Shown piece by piece: positions 56,757 to 64,000 of a stretch of 64,000 nucleotides of DNA. Each line of letters begins with the position of its first letter. Positions within the stretch are counted from its first letter, which is position 1. This stretch comes from a virus, in IMG/VR virus record IMGVR_UViG_3300036944_000898, positions 1 through 64,000 of that record; one strand, written 5' to 3'. The notes beneath the pieces are model-generated. The model ran no database searches. It worked only from the letters and a program-made list of their open reading frames with translations, and was not told the origin of the DNA. Both the position numbers and the translations under genes were made by a program.

Positions 56757-57353
56757 TTATTTTTTAATGTTAATTAATCTTATATTATATTCTGCAAAAA
56801 TAACGTTATTTATTGGATCATAAGAAGCTCCAAATAAGTCACCTTTTTTATTTTGAAATTTAATATCGTATTTATAACCTAAATCAAAGTTATTATTTAA
56901 ATATAATCCTCCACCTGTATATAATGCAAATACAGTTTTCTTTTCAGGTAGTCTAGCTTTAATGGTTATTTTAGGAGCTATTTTAAGAAGCTCTCCTTTA
57001 GTTTCTGTAAAAATTGATACATCAGCTATACTATCATTAAAATCATTCTTATATTGTCTTATTTTAGTTGCATCAGCATACATTGTTACTTTTACAGTAT
57101 CAGGTGCTTTTTCAAATACTTTAACTTGTACTGTATCTACTTTTCCAGGTAAATAAACAACATCACCTTTTATGTTTTTGTATTTAGTTACTATTTTAGA
57201 AGGTAATTCTTTAGGTAAAAATATAGTATCAAATTGTTTTACTAACTTAGTTTTATATTTTATAGTATCTGAATAACAACTTCTCTGTAAAAATATAATA
57301 AATAATAATCCTATAATAATAAAATAAGGTATTAATTTTTTATAATTAATCAT
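56757..57353 (-). CDS. secreted, membrane-anchored or lipoprotein-like protein
   Basis: N-terminal LIPYFIIIGLLFIIFLQRSC hydrophobic segment followed by Cys; the rest looks beta-rich. Confidence 0.55.
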   Translation of the reverse strand: MINYKKLIPYFIIIGLLFIIFLQRSCYSDTIKYKTKLVKQFDTIFLPKELPSKIVTKYKNIKGDVVYLPGKVDTVQVKVFEKAPDTVKVTMYADATKIRQYKNDFNDSIADVSIFTETKGELLKIAPKITIKARLPEKKTVFALYTGGGLYLNNNFDLGYKYDIKFQNKKGDLFGASYDPINNVIFAEYNIRLINIKK

Positions 57354-57978
57354 AAATATTAAGTATTAAATATGCTACAAAAGTATCTGATATTGTATTT
57401 GAATTTAATTTATCTATTTTATAAAAAGGTATGTTATTTGGAAAAGCTGGATTTATAGGTCCTACTAGTATTTCATTATATTCTAATATTTCTGTTAAAT
57501 CATTAGATAATCTAGATTGAACTTGAAAAAATAAATCATATTTTACTGTTGTAAAATCAATATCTAAACATTGAATTGCAAAAACACCAACATCTTTTCT
57601 TTCAATTATTATATTTGGTATATTATTATAATTTTCCACAATAAAAGGATCATCAACATTGTCTTGTAGTATTTTTGCTGAAAATTTACGAGTAGGTTGT
57701 AAAAAATCTAATTTAGAATTATTAATTAAAATCAAATCTCCTTCTAATATATTTTTACCTAATCCATAAAAACTTTCACCTTTATAATCTAAAGGTAATA
57801 AGTATTTTAAAACATTATTGTTTTCATCAATTACTAATAAAATAATTGTTTGTTCACCATTTATTACAATTGTGCTATTATCAAGTAAATCTTGTAATGT
57901 TGTAGTAATTTGACCAAGTCTAAATACTTTAGGTTGCTTACTATCTGTTTTTAAACTTTTATTTAAAATTATATTCAT
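57346..57978 (-). CDS. hypothetical protein
   Basis: 210-aa ORF between the endolysin and the membrane protein. Confidence 0.75.
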   Translation of the reverse strand: MNIILNKSLKTDSKQPKVFRLGQITTTLQDLLDNSTIVINGEQTIILLVIDENNNVLKYLLPLDYKGESFYGLGKNILEGDLILINNSKLDFLQPTRKFSAKILQDNVDDPFIVENYNNIPNIIIERKDVGVFAIQCLDIDFTTVKYDLFFQVQSRLSNDLTEILEYNEILVGPINPAFPNNIPFYKIDKLNSNTISDTFVAYLILNIYD

Positions 57979-57983
57979 ATGTT

Positions 57984-58478
57984 TTATTTTTTAAAGTATA
58001 AATCTGCTTCTGCTTTTCTTCTACGAATTAATCCTGGTAATGTTTTACCATCTGCTGTTATATATTTAGTTTCAAACCAAGTTCTAATTTCTTTATCAGA
58101 AGCTTTATTGTTAATTAATCTATATAATGTAGAAGAACCACCTGTATTATAAACATAAGATACTAAAGCACTAAATTGATTTGTTGTTAAAGGTATTTTT
58201 ATATTTTGAGAAACAATTTCTTCTCTAGGTGATAAATCTTGAGTTAACGCTATTAAAGCTTCAGCGACAGTTTTAATTGTAATATTATCATAAGCTAACT
58301 TTTTATTCGCAGCTCCTTTAATAAAATTACCTTTTTTATCTCTCATAGCTCTACCATAACCTTCAGTCCATATTCCTATTGGGTCCATTTTAGGTTGTAA
58401 ACCAATTAAAGTTAAATCGCCATCATGAAGTGATTCAAATTCTTTTATTAATTTAACTCCTTCATTGTTTGTTTTCAT
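57984..58478 (-). CDS. endolysin, GH24 (T4/P22-type lysozyme)
   Basis: GVKLIKEFESL..MDPIGIWTEGYG carries the E / D / T catalytic pattern. Confidence 0.8.
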   Translation of the reverse strand: MKTNNEGVKLIKEFESLHDGDLTLIGLQPKMDPIGIWTEGYGRAMRDKKGNFIKGAANKKLAYDNITIKTVAEALIALTQDLSPREEIVSQNIKIPLTTNQFSALVSYVYNTGGSSTLYRLINNKASDKEIRTWFETKYITADGKTLPGLIRRRKAEADLYFKK

Positions 58479-58981
58479 TATTTATGTATTTTTTTATATT
58501 TATCTAATTCTAATTTAATTTTTTCACAAAAAACTTTTAAATCTTCATGTGCTTTTTCTAAAGCGTTATATTTATCAGTTAATTCTCTATGTAGTTTTTC
58601 CCAGTTTTGTGACTGTTCAACTTCTTTAGCATATGCTAACTGAATTGTATTAAATTGTTCTTGTAATAAAATATATTTTTTATCTACATCATCTATACGA
58701 CTTCTAAAGTATTCTCTTTCATTTTTAAATTCTAAAGCAATTGTATCACGATCAGTTCTAAAATTTTCTTTATCTATATTAGATTGTGTTAATAAACTAT
58801 CATATAATTCTCTTACTTTTACAGCATAATCAATTTCAGAAATTTCTATTTCTACATTGGATTTTTTTAAATCTTGTTCTTGTTTTTGTTTACCACCAAG
58901 AAAATAACCAATTACACCACTTATACTTCCTCCTCCTAAAACTGTTAACCAGTTAGCAGAAACCCATTCTAATACTGTCAT
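58478..58981 (-). CDS. type II membrane protein with long coiled coil (i-spanin- or holin-like)
   Basis: One N-terminal TM (WLTVLGGGSISGVIGYFLGG) then ~130 aa of heptad-like sequence; directly upstream of the endolysin. Confidence 0.5.
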   Translation of the reverse strand: MTVLEWVSANWLTVLGGGSISGVIGYFLGGKQKQEQDLKKSNVEIEISEIDYAVKVRELYDSLLTQSNIDKENFRTDRDTIALEFKNEREYFRSRIDDVDKKYILLQEQFNTIQLAYAKEVEQSQNWEKLHRELTDKYNALEKAHEDLKVFCEKIKLELDKYKKIHK

Positions 58982-58990
58982 TAAATATTT

Positions 58991-59344
58991 TTATTTTAAT
59001 TGATTTTTTAAGATATTGTATTTTTCTCTTATTTCTTTACGTTCATTTATTATGTCAGTAGGAATTTCACTTCCTAATTCTGTTTGTCTTGTATAATACC
59101 AATCAGTTTTAAAAAGTTCTTCAAACTGCATTTTATTAATTTGTTCTAATTTTTGTTTATTAAAATTATTAATATCTTCTTGAGTTGCCGTTTCAATTAT
59201 ATCTGTAAAATTTTCATTAATATTTGGTAAAATAAATAATTTTATTTTATCTTCAAAATCTTGATTCCATTCTAAGAATTTACCTTGTGGGTTTTCAACT
59301 TCTTGAATTACTAATCCATCTGCGTGTTTAAATATTATTTTCAT
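58991..59344 (-). CDS. hypothetical protein
   Basis: 117-aa ORF. Confidence 0.75.
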   Translation of the reverse strand: MKIIFKHADGLVIQEVENPQGKFLEWNQDFEDKIKLFILPNINENFTDIIETATQEDINNFNKQKLEQINKMQFEELFKTDWYYTRQTELGSEIPTDIINERKEIREKYNILKNQLK

Positions 59345-59345
59345 A

Positions 59346-59819
59346 TTAATTGTCTTTTAGTAATACCATACTTGATAATGCTCTAAATACTGAACTTTGA
59401 CCAGCCGTTCCTGTTGCAAATTGCAAAGTAATAGTTCCTCCTGTACTACTTGTGTTTAATAATGCAACATATCTTGTTTGTTGAACATTACTTGCTCCTG
59501 CAAAAGCAGTTATAACAGAACCAATATTATGAACAGATGATGCTGGATTGGTTGCAGTATTAACGTTAAATGATAATGTCGAATGAATACCATTTGCTCC
59601 TGAAGGTAAGCCTGACCATTGTATTCTCATACCTCCTCCTGAAGCACAACCACCATATAAAAAACCTTCAATTCTGTATGTTGAATTTGCTTCTACTATA
59701 AAAAATATTGTTGTGTTTAATGGTGTAACAGCAGTCGTTGTTATATCTCCTGTTTGTTGTGGTATTTCTGTTAATCTTATACCAACTTGACTTTTATTTA
59801 TTGGTTTACTACTTTGCAT
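59346..59819 (-). CDS. putative tail-fibre tip / receptor-binding-type protein
   Basis: 157 aa, beta-rich and G/S/T/A-rich, adjacent to the fibre-like gene. Confidence 0.4.
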   Translation of the reverse strand: MQSSKPINKSQVGIRLTEIPQQTGDITTTAVTPLNTTIFFIVEANSTYRIEGFLYGGCASGGGMRIQWSGLPSGANGIHSTLSFNVNTATNPASSVHNIGSVITAFAGASNVQQTRYVALLNTSSTGGTITLQFATGTAGQSSVFRALSSMVLLKDN

Positions 59820-59822
59820 ATC

Positions 59823-61028
59823 TTAATTAGTTATTAATATATTTTGAATTGATACACTATCTAATGCGGAATTTAAAGCTACTGAAACAAAACAATATAA
59901 TGGTTGTGTTACATCATACGCATAAGATGAAGCCGTTGTATTTGAACCAGTAAAATCTGTATTTGAAGAAATTGAAAATGCTAATCCCTTTAAATTACCA
60001 CCCGATATATTAAAATTTCTTTGCATTGCATTATAAAGATTTGATGCCGATACAGTTAAAGTTGCAACAGTTGTTGATGTTGCAAAATTATTTACTGAAT
60101 TAAATTTTAATCTAATATTTGCAGTATTCGCTATACCTACTTTATTTATTTGTAAAGTAACTAATCTCATAATGTCATCAGTCGAAAAAGAGTTAGCACC
60201 AATAGTAAAAGACATAACATTAGTTTCATTAGTAATTCCTGTATGTGGAGTTGTTGCAGTTGTATTTTTATAAACAAAATTCTTATTTTGTTTTAAAGCC
60301 AACAACGCATCAACCTCCGCTTGTGAATAGTAAGGTTGTATTCCTGTAATAGCGTTAGAATAAATCACTACTACATAATCTCCACTATCTAAAGTATCAT
60401 TTATAGTAATTTGATTTGGTGCAACTAAAGTATATTGACTTGTTGATAACGCTCCTTGTCCTTGAACTTCTACGCTATAAACTTGTCCGTAATTACTCGC
60501 TAAAGTAAAAGTTTGTGAACCACTAAATGTAAACTCTTCACGAAGTAAATTACCTACTTGTGTTAAATTAGCTTTTAAATCTAATCCATCATCGACATAA
60601 GTTTCAGTTGCTAATCCTGCTATGCTTGGAATTGTTGGAAATACTGTCGGTACTCCTGACCCATCTAAATATTCAGTATTATTTCCTGTTGGGTTATCAA
60701 ACTTATTTGATAAAAAATTATCTACTTCTAATTGAGTATATTTATCCAAATCAATTATATTTGCTTCTACATGTGTATGTGCAGAAGGTGGAAAAGTTGA
60801 AGGTTTGTTTAATAATTCTTCATCACCTGATACCGCATTCCAATCTGTATTTACATTTTTTTCAGCGTCAACTGGAGCAAAACTATTTGGTAAATTATTA
60901 AATTTAGTTTTTTCTAAAGTTGTTAAATGAATATAATCACCTACGTTTAAACCAGATAAATCATTATGTATTGAAACACCTCCACTTCCTGTTGAAATTG
61001 GAGGTAATGTATTATCTATTTTAGCCAT
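59823..61028 (-). CDS. tail fibre-like protein
   Basis: N-terminal ..GDYIHLTTLEKTKFNNLP.. and SAHTHVEANIIDL motifs recur in phage fibre proteins; S/T/N-rich C-terminus. Confidence 0.5.
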   Translation of the reverse strand: MAKIDNTLPPISTGSGGVSIHNDLSGLNVGDYIHLTTLEKTKFNNLPNSFAPVDAEKNVNTDWNAVSGDEELLNKPSTFPPSAHTHVEANIIDLDKYTQLEVDNFLSNKFDNPTGNNTEYLDGSGVPTVFPTIPSIAGLATETYVDDGLDLKANLTQVGNLLREEFTFSGSQTFTLASNYGQVYSVEVQGQGALSTSQYTLVAPNQITINDTLDSGDYVVVIYSNAITGIQPYYSQAEVDALLALKQNKNFVYKNTTATTPHTGITNETNVMSFTIGANSFSTDDIMRLVTLQINKVGIANTANIRLKFNSVNNFATSTTVATLTVSASNLYNAMQRNFNISGGNLKGLAFSISSNTDFTGSNTTASSYAYDVTQPLYCFVSVALNSALDSVSIQNILITN

Positions 61029-61426
61029 TATACTGTTTGTGTTAAATATTTAAAAACAACTTTACTTCCAGCAAGTACTGTAAATTCAAGAGGTGTTTGA
61101 TTTAAATTTGTAAATTCTGTATTTAAAGTTGTTCTAGTAGGATATGTTATTAAATCAGAACCTACTAATTGTGTTATATTTCCTTCTAGTATCATTATAG
61201 AGTAACTGTGAAAAGAATTAATCGGATATATTACTTCTTCATCTATTGTAGGTTCGTAATACACAATTGTTTCTAAACCATAATCAGTTCCACCATTAGC
61301 ACATGTATTAACAGCGGCTACTAATTCTACTAATTTTACTAAATCTTCATTTTTTATTTTATTACAACTTGCAAACGCTATTAAAAGTTCATTTACAGTT
61401 TGATTTATTTCTGAGCAATTAATCAT
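61028..61426 (-). CDS. hypothetical structural protein
   Basis: 132-aa ORF; start and stop overlap its neighbours. Confidence 0.7.
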   Translation of the reverse strand: MINCSEINQTVNELLIAFASCNKIKNEDLVKLVELVAAVNTCANGGTDYGLETIVYYEPTIDEEVIYPINSFHSYSIMILEGNITQLVGSDLITYPTRTTLNTEFTNLNQTPLEFTVLAGSKVVFKYLTQTV

Positions 61427-61436
61427 TTTATTTTAT

Positions 61437-61733
61437 TTAACAAGTTATACCATTATCCCATGTAAATACAATTCTACCTATACAATTGTAAGTTAATGTG
61501 TTAACATCAATACATCCATTTATAAAAACTTCTTCATTTATATTTGAAGAATTCCAAACATATGTTTCAGGAATATCACCTGGTAACCATCCTTGATATT
61601 GAAAACCTACTGTAATTGTACTACAACCTCCTGATGGATTAGGTGTTGCACGAACACTTACTAAATGTCTAAAATTATTAACAATAGATGTAACTCTACG
61701 CTGTCTTAAAAGTCCTTTTTTAAAAGATCTCAT
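61437..61733 (-). CDS. small Cys-containing hypothetical protein
   Basis: 98-aa ORF with a basic N-terminus and 5 Cys. Confidence 0.7.
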   Translation of the reverse strand: MRSFKKGLLRQRRVTSIVNNFRHLVSVRATPNPSGGCSTITVGFQYQGWLPGDIPETYVWNSSNINEEVFINGCIDVNTLTYNCIGRIVFTWDNGITC

Positions 61734-61736
61734 TTT

Positions 61737-62534
61737 TTAAAGTTTAGTGTTACCTAATAAATAATATGCAGATGTTGCTAATTTTTTTTCTAACAATACG
61801 TTATCGTTTTGACCAGCTATTTTAAAGCCCACTACAGTATTTAAAACACTAACACCACTTGTTACAAACGTTACATCTCCTGTACCTTCTTGAATAAATC
61901 CAATAGATAATGAATCTTGTAATCCATCTGGTATTGTAACAGTTATATTTGTTGAACTATTGTTTACAAATATTGTATAATTATCATCACCATTAGTTAT
62001 TGTATAATTAGCATTAATAACTTTTTGTAAATTATTAGCTGTTGCATCAAGACCATTTGTTCCATTAGTACCATTTGTTCCTACAGCTCCATTAGTAACT
62101 GTAAATGTAGAAGTATCTCCATCTGTATATGTAATAGTATATGTATCTATTAAACCAACAGTTCCAGTTTTAACAATGTTAGAAATACCAACTCCATCAG
62201 CACCATCCGCACCAGCAGGACCTGTATTAGATATTTCAAAAAAATTAAATATTTTATTTGAATATGTTACACCAAAAGCAACAGTATTATTGGGATATGT
62301 AAAATCATCAGATGTTAATAAACCATCCCCATCTCCAATTTCACGTTCTCTCCATTCATATGTTTTACGAGTATCTAAACAAAATACTTTTAAACCATCA
62401 TAATATGTAAATGCTTTATTATTACTAACACCTAAAGAAGCTAACGCAAATTCTGTTAAAGATATTGTTTTAACATCTAACGGTATTTGAGTTGTTATAT
62501 TTAAACCTACGGGTATATTACTAAAATCTGGCAT
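61737..62534 (-). CDS. tail fibre-like protein with short collagen-like G-X-Y runs
   Basis: GPAGADGADGVG and GAVGTNGTNGTNGLD (encoded at ~62052-62225). Confidence 0.55.
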   Translation of the reverse strand: MPDFSNIPVGLNITTQIPLDVKTISLTEFALASLGVSNNKAFTYYDGLKVFCLDTRKTYEWREREIGDGDGLLTSDDFTYPNNTVAFGVTYSNKIFNFFEISNTGPAGADGADGVGISNIVKTGTVGLIDTYTITYTDGDTSTFTVTNGAVGTNGTNGTNGLDATANNLQKVINANYTITNGDDNYTIFVNNSSTNITVTIPDGLQDSLSIGFIQEGTGDVTFVTSGVSVLNTVVGFKIAGQNDNVLLEKKLATSAYYLLGNTKL

Positions 62535-63184
62535 TATATTTTTTTAATTTTAAAATTAATTTCACCATGTGAATATGTATTTTTAGAAACAAATAATCTA
62601 CAATTATTTATAGCTTCATAATAAGTGTCAAAAGCGTGTGTAACATCATTATTTAAAACATCATATATTTTAAAAACATCTGTAGATAATGTTTCTATTA
62701 TAGCAAATGATATTTTACCAACATTTGTATAAGTTATATTTTTACCAATATCAAATGATAAATAAGTATCATTTGGTTTTGTATTTAGATAATTTGTATT
62801 TACAATTAATAACTTTATATCTTCAAAATCAGAATTATAATCTGATTCTTGCCAATAAAATATTTTATTAACTTGTGTATATTGATTACAATCTACAGCT
62901 TCTGCTTGAACAAAAGTTATTGTAGGTTGAATAGTATATTTTTGTACATTTGTAACATGACATATTTCTTCAGAATTAAAATAAATTTTTCTATATAAAT
63001 CCATTAAAACTCTTCGTTGGTCATTTGTTAATTCAATACAACAATTATTTAATAAGTCATGTGTTAAATTTAATATATATAAATCAATAGTATTTAATTT
63101 TCCATTTAATTTACCTTGATTAAATATTCTATCTAAAGAACTTATTAATACTGCTGTATTATTTTGTTCATTTATTTCTAACAT
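62534..63184 (-). CDS. hypothetical structural protein
   Basis: 216-aa ORF. Confidence 0.75.
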   Translation of the reverse strand: MLEINEQNNTAVLISSLDRIFNQGKLNGKLNTIDLYILNLTHDLLNNCCIELTNDQRRVLMDLYRKIYFNSEEICHVTNVQKYTIQPTITFVQAEAVDCNQYTQVNKIFYWQESDYNSDFEDIKLLIVNTNYLNTKPNDTYLSFDIGKNITYTNVGKISFAIIETLSTDVFKIYDVLNNDVTHAFDTYYEAINNCRLFVSKNTYSHGEINFKIKKI

Positions 63185-63759
63185 TAGTTTGCTTGATTAA
63201 ATTGTCCACATGAATTACATTGAACTTGATTACAGCTTTTACATTGACTAAGTTCACATAATCTTTTTAATTTATTTACATTAGCTATTGCTTGTAAATA
63301 AAATCCAAGTTCTATTGATTTTTTTACAGAATCTATTAATAAACTAATAGTTACTATAAGGTTTTTAGTAGTTAAATTATTACATGTACTACAATCTGTT
63401 ATTTCAGATTTTAATAAATAATCTAACATACAAGCATAATAAGGTAATAAATTATATGTTATACCTAAAGCAGGTAATAAGCAATTACTACATGTAGGAC
63501 TTGGAGCATCACTTTCTATTTCTAAAAAATATATATCTTCAAATTTTAAAATACCTAATTCTGTAGCAGTTACAATAAATACTTCTTTATTATTTATAGC
63601 TTCTATTTTATAACTTAAATTTGTAGCTAAAGAATAATCCTTAAAAGAATTCATATCCCATAGCAATATAGAAGTTATATTATAACTAATTGTTGTTTCT
63701 ATATCGATAGCTAATTTACTACCATTTTCAATTATAGAAAAATTATTTATTGTTATCAT
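63184..63759 (-). CDS. Cys-rich hypothetical structural protein
   Basis: 191 aa with clusters CSNC, CSTCNN and CELSQCKSCNQVQCNSCGQ. Confidence 0.75.
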   Translation of the reverse strand: MITINNFSIIENGSKLAIDIETTISYNITSILLWDMNSFKDYSLATNLSYKIEAINNKEVFIVTATELGILKFEDIYFLEIESDAPSPTCSNCLLPALGITYNLLPYYACMLDYLLKSEITDCSTCNNLTTKNLIVTISLLIDSVKKSIELGFYLQAIANVNKLKRLCELSQCKSCNQVQCNSCGQFNQAN

Positions 63760-63771
63760 ATTTTTTTATAT

Positions 63772-63801
63772 AAAAAAAAGGAGAAGATTTCTCCTCTCCT
63801 T
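63772..63801 (-). terminator. intrinsic terminator after the partial upstream gene
   Basis: AAGGAGA 63778-63784 with TCTCCTT 63795-63801. The A-run at 63772-79 is a T-run on the - strand. Confidence 0.6.
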
Positions 63802-63817
63802 TTATAGGTTTTATTTA

Positions 63818-64000
63818 TTATACTACAGCTAAATTAGCAGGAACTACAGCATTACTTGCAACAGCAGTTCTAATTGCGGTAAGAATTGTGTTAGTGTTTG
63901 CGTTGTTACCTAAAGTGTCTGTACCTTTATCAATTAAAGTTGTTAACACTTTATATTGTCTTTCAACAATAGTTTCTTTACGAGGAGTGTAATAAACAAT
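63818..64000 (-). CDS. C-terminal 60 aa of a gene continuing beyond the window (possibly the major capsid protein)
   Basis: The reverse complement reads IVYYTPRKETIVERQYKVLTTLIDKGTDTLGNNANTNTILTAIRTAVASNAVVPANLAVV*. A strong terminator follows, as expected for a highly expressed gene. The capsid identity is a guess. Confidence 0.4.
   Translation of the reverse strand: MVYYTPRKETIVERQYKVLTTLIDKGTDTLGNNANTNTILTAIRTAVASNAVVPANLAVV

Noticed and set aside
1425-62403. Short ORFs in the track lying antisense to, or out of frame within, much longer genes: 1425..1832, 2349..2561, 5485..5856, 7656..7925, 11727..11933, 16034..16324, 16691..16888, 17761..17949, 18525..18749, 20919..21122, 21814..22017, 28919..29149, 29847..30029, 34039..34560, 38938..39123, 44038..44274, 45857..46039, 50742..50975, 52701..52907, 56962..57156, 60608..60901, 62176..62403.
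   Set aside because: Each is fully embedded in a longer ORF that has motifs or operon context. Their products are low-complexity (F/L/I/S/K-rich), as expected from the opposite strand of AT-rich coding DNA. They would break the strict strand polarity of the two blocks.
26383-64000. Stop-codon reassignment in late genes, as described for some Bacteroidota phages
   Set aside because: Late genes up to 2415 codons are uninterrupted in the standard code, so no recoding is needed.
1-64000. CRISPR arrays, rRNA genes, transposases or IS elements
   Set aside because: No regularly spaced direct repeats and no rRNA-like conserved stretches were seen. The only selfish-type elements found are the intron and the GIY-YIG gene.

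Overview
AT-rich, gene-dense sequence organised like a lytic tailed dsDNA phage genome. No rRNA, CRISPR array, integrase or repressor was seen. Two convergent blocks meet at a bidirectional hairpin terminator (~26338-26376). Block 1 (1-26325, + strand) holds early, replication and nucleotide-metabolism genes: DnaB-like helicase, Sak4-like ATPase, SSB-like protein, DnaG-like primase, RusA, PD-(D/E)xK nuclease, class II RNR, SF2 helicase, MazG-like protein, metallophosphatase and ThyX. Block 2 (26383-64000, - strand) holds late and virion genes: the C-terminus of a probable capsid gene, tail-fibre-like proteins, a GH24 endolysin cassette, and a ~22-kb run of giant proteins (1611, 2415, 1902, 663, 632 aa). 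The 2415-aa protein carries an R-x-P...GSDYDIDKM motif like two-barrel RNA polymerases, as reported for crAss-like Bacteroidota phages (inference only). Main second-look items: (1) a 2466-nt td-like group I intron splits the helicase inside its Walker A motif. P1, P10, P2-P8 and the terminal G can all be read from the sequence, and it carries four ORFs in three different peripheral positions, two of them paralogous. (2) A seven-gene early cassette of amide-bond ligases and hydrolases has no evident substrate. (3) An A_AAA_AAG slippery heptamer sits where a 17-nt repeat falls 53 rather than 54 nt apart. (4) A ~250-nt structured non-coding region abuts a non-canonical 96-nt tRNA-like element. 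(5) A GIY-YIG homing endonuclease and a DEDDy exonuclease sit in the late operon, each followed by its own terminator. All functions are read by eye from motifs; no database search was run.
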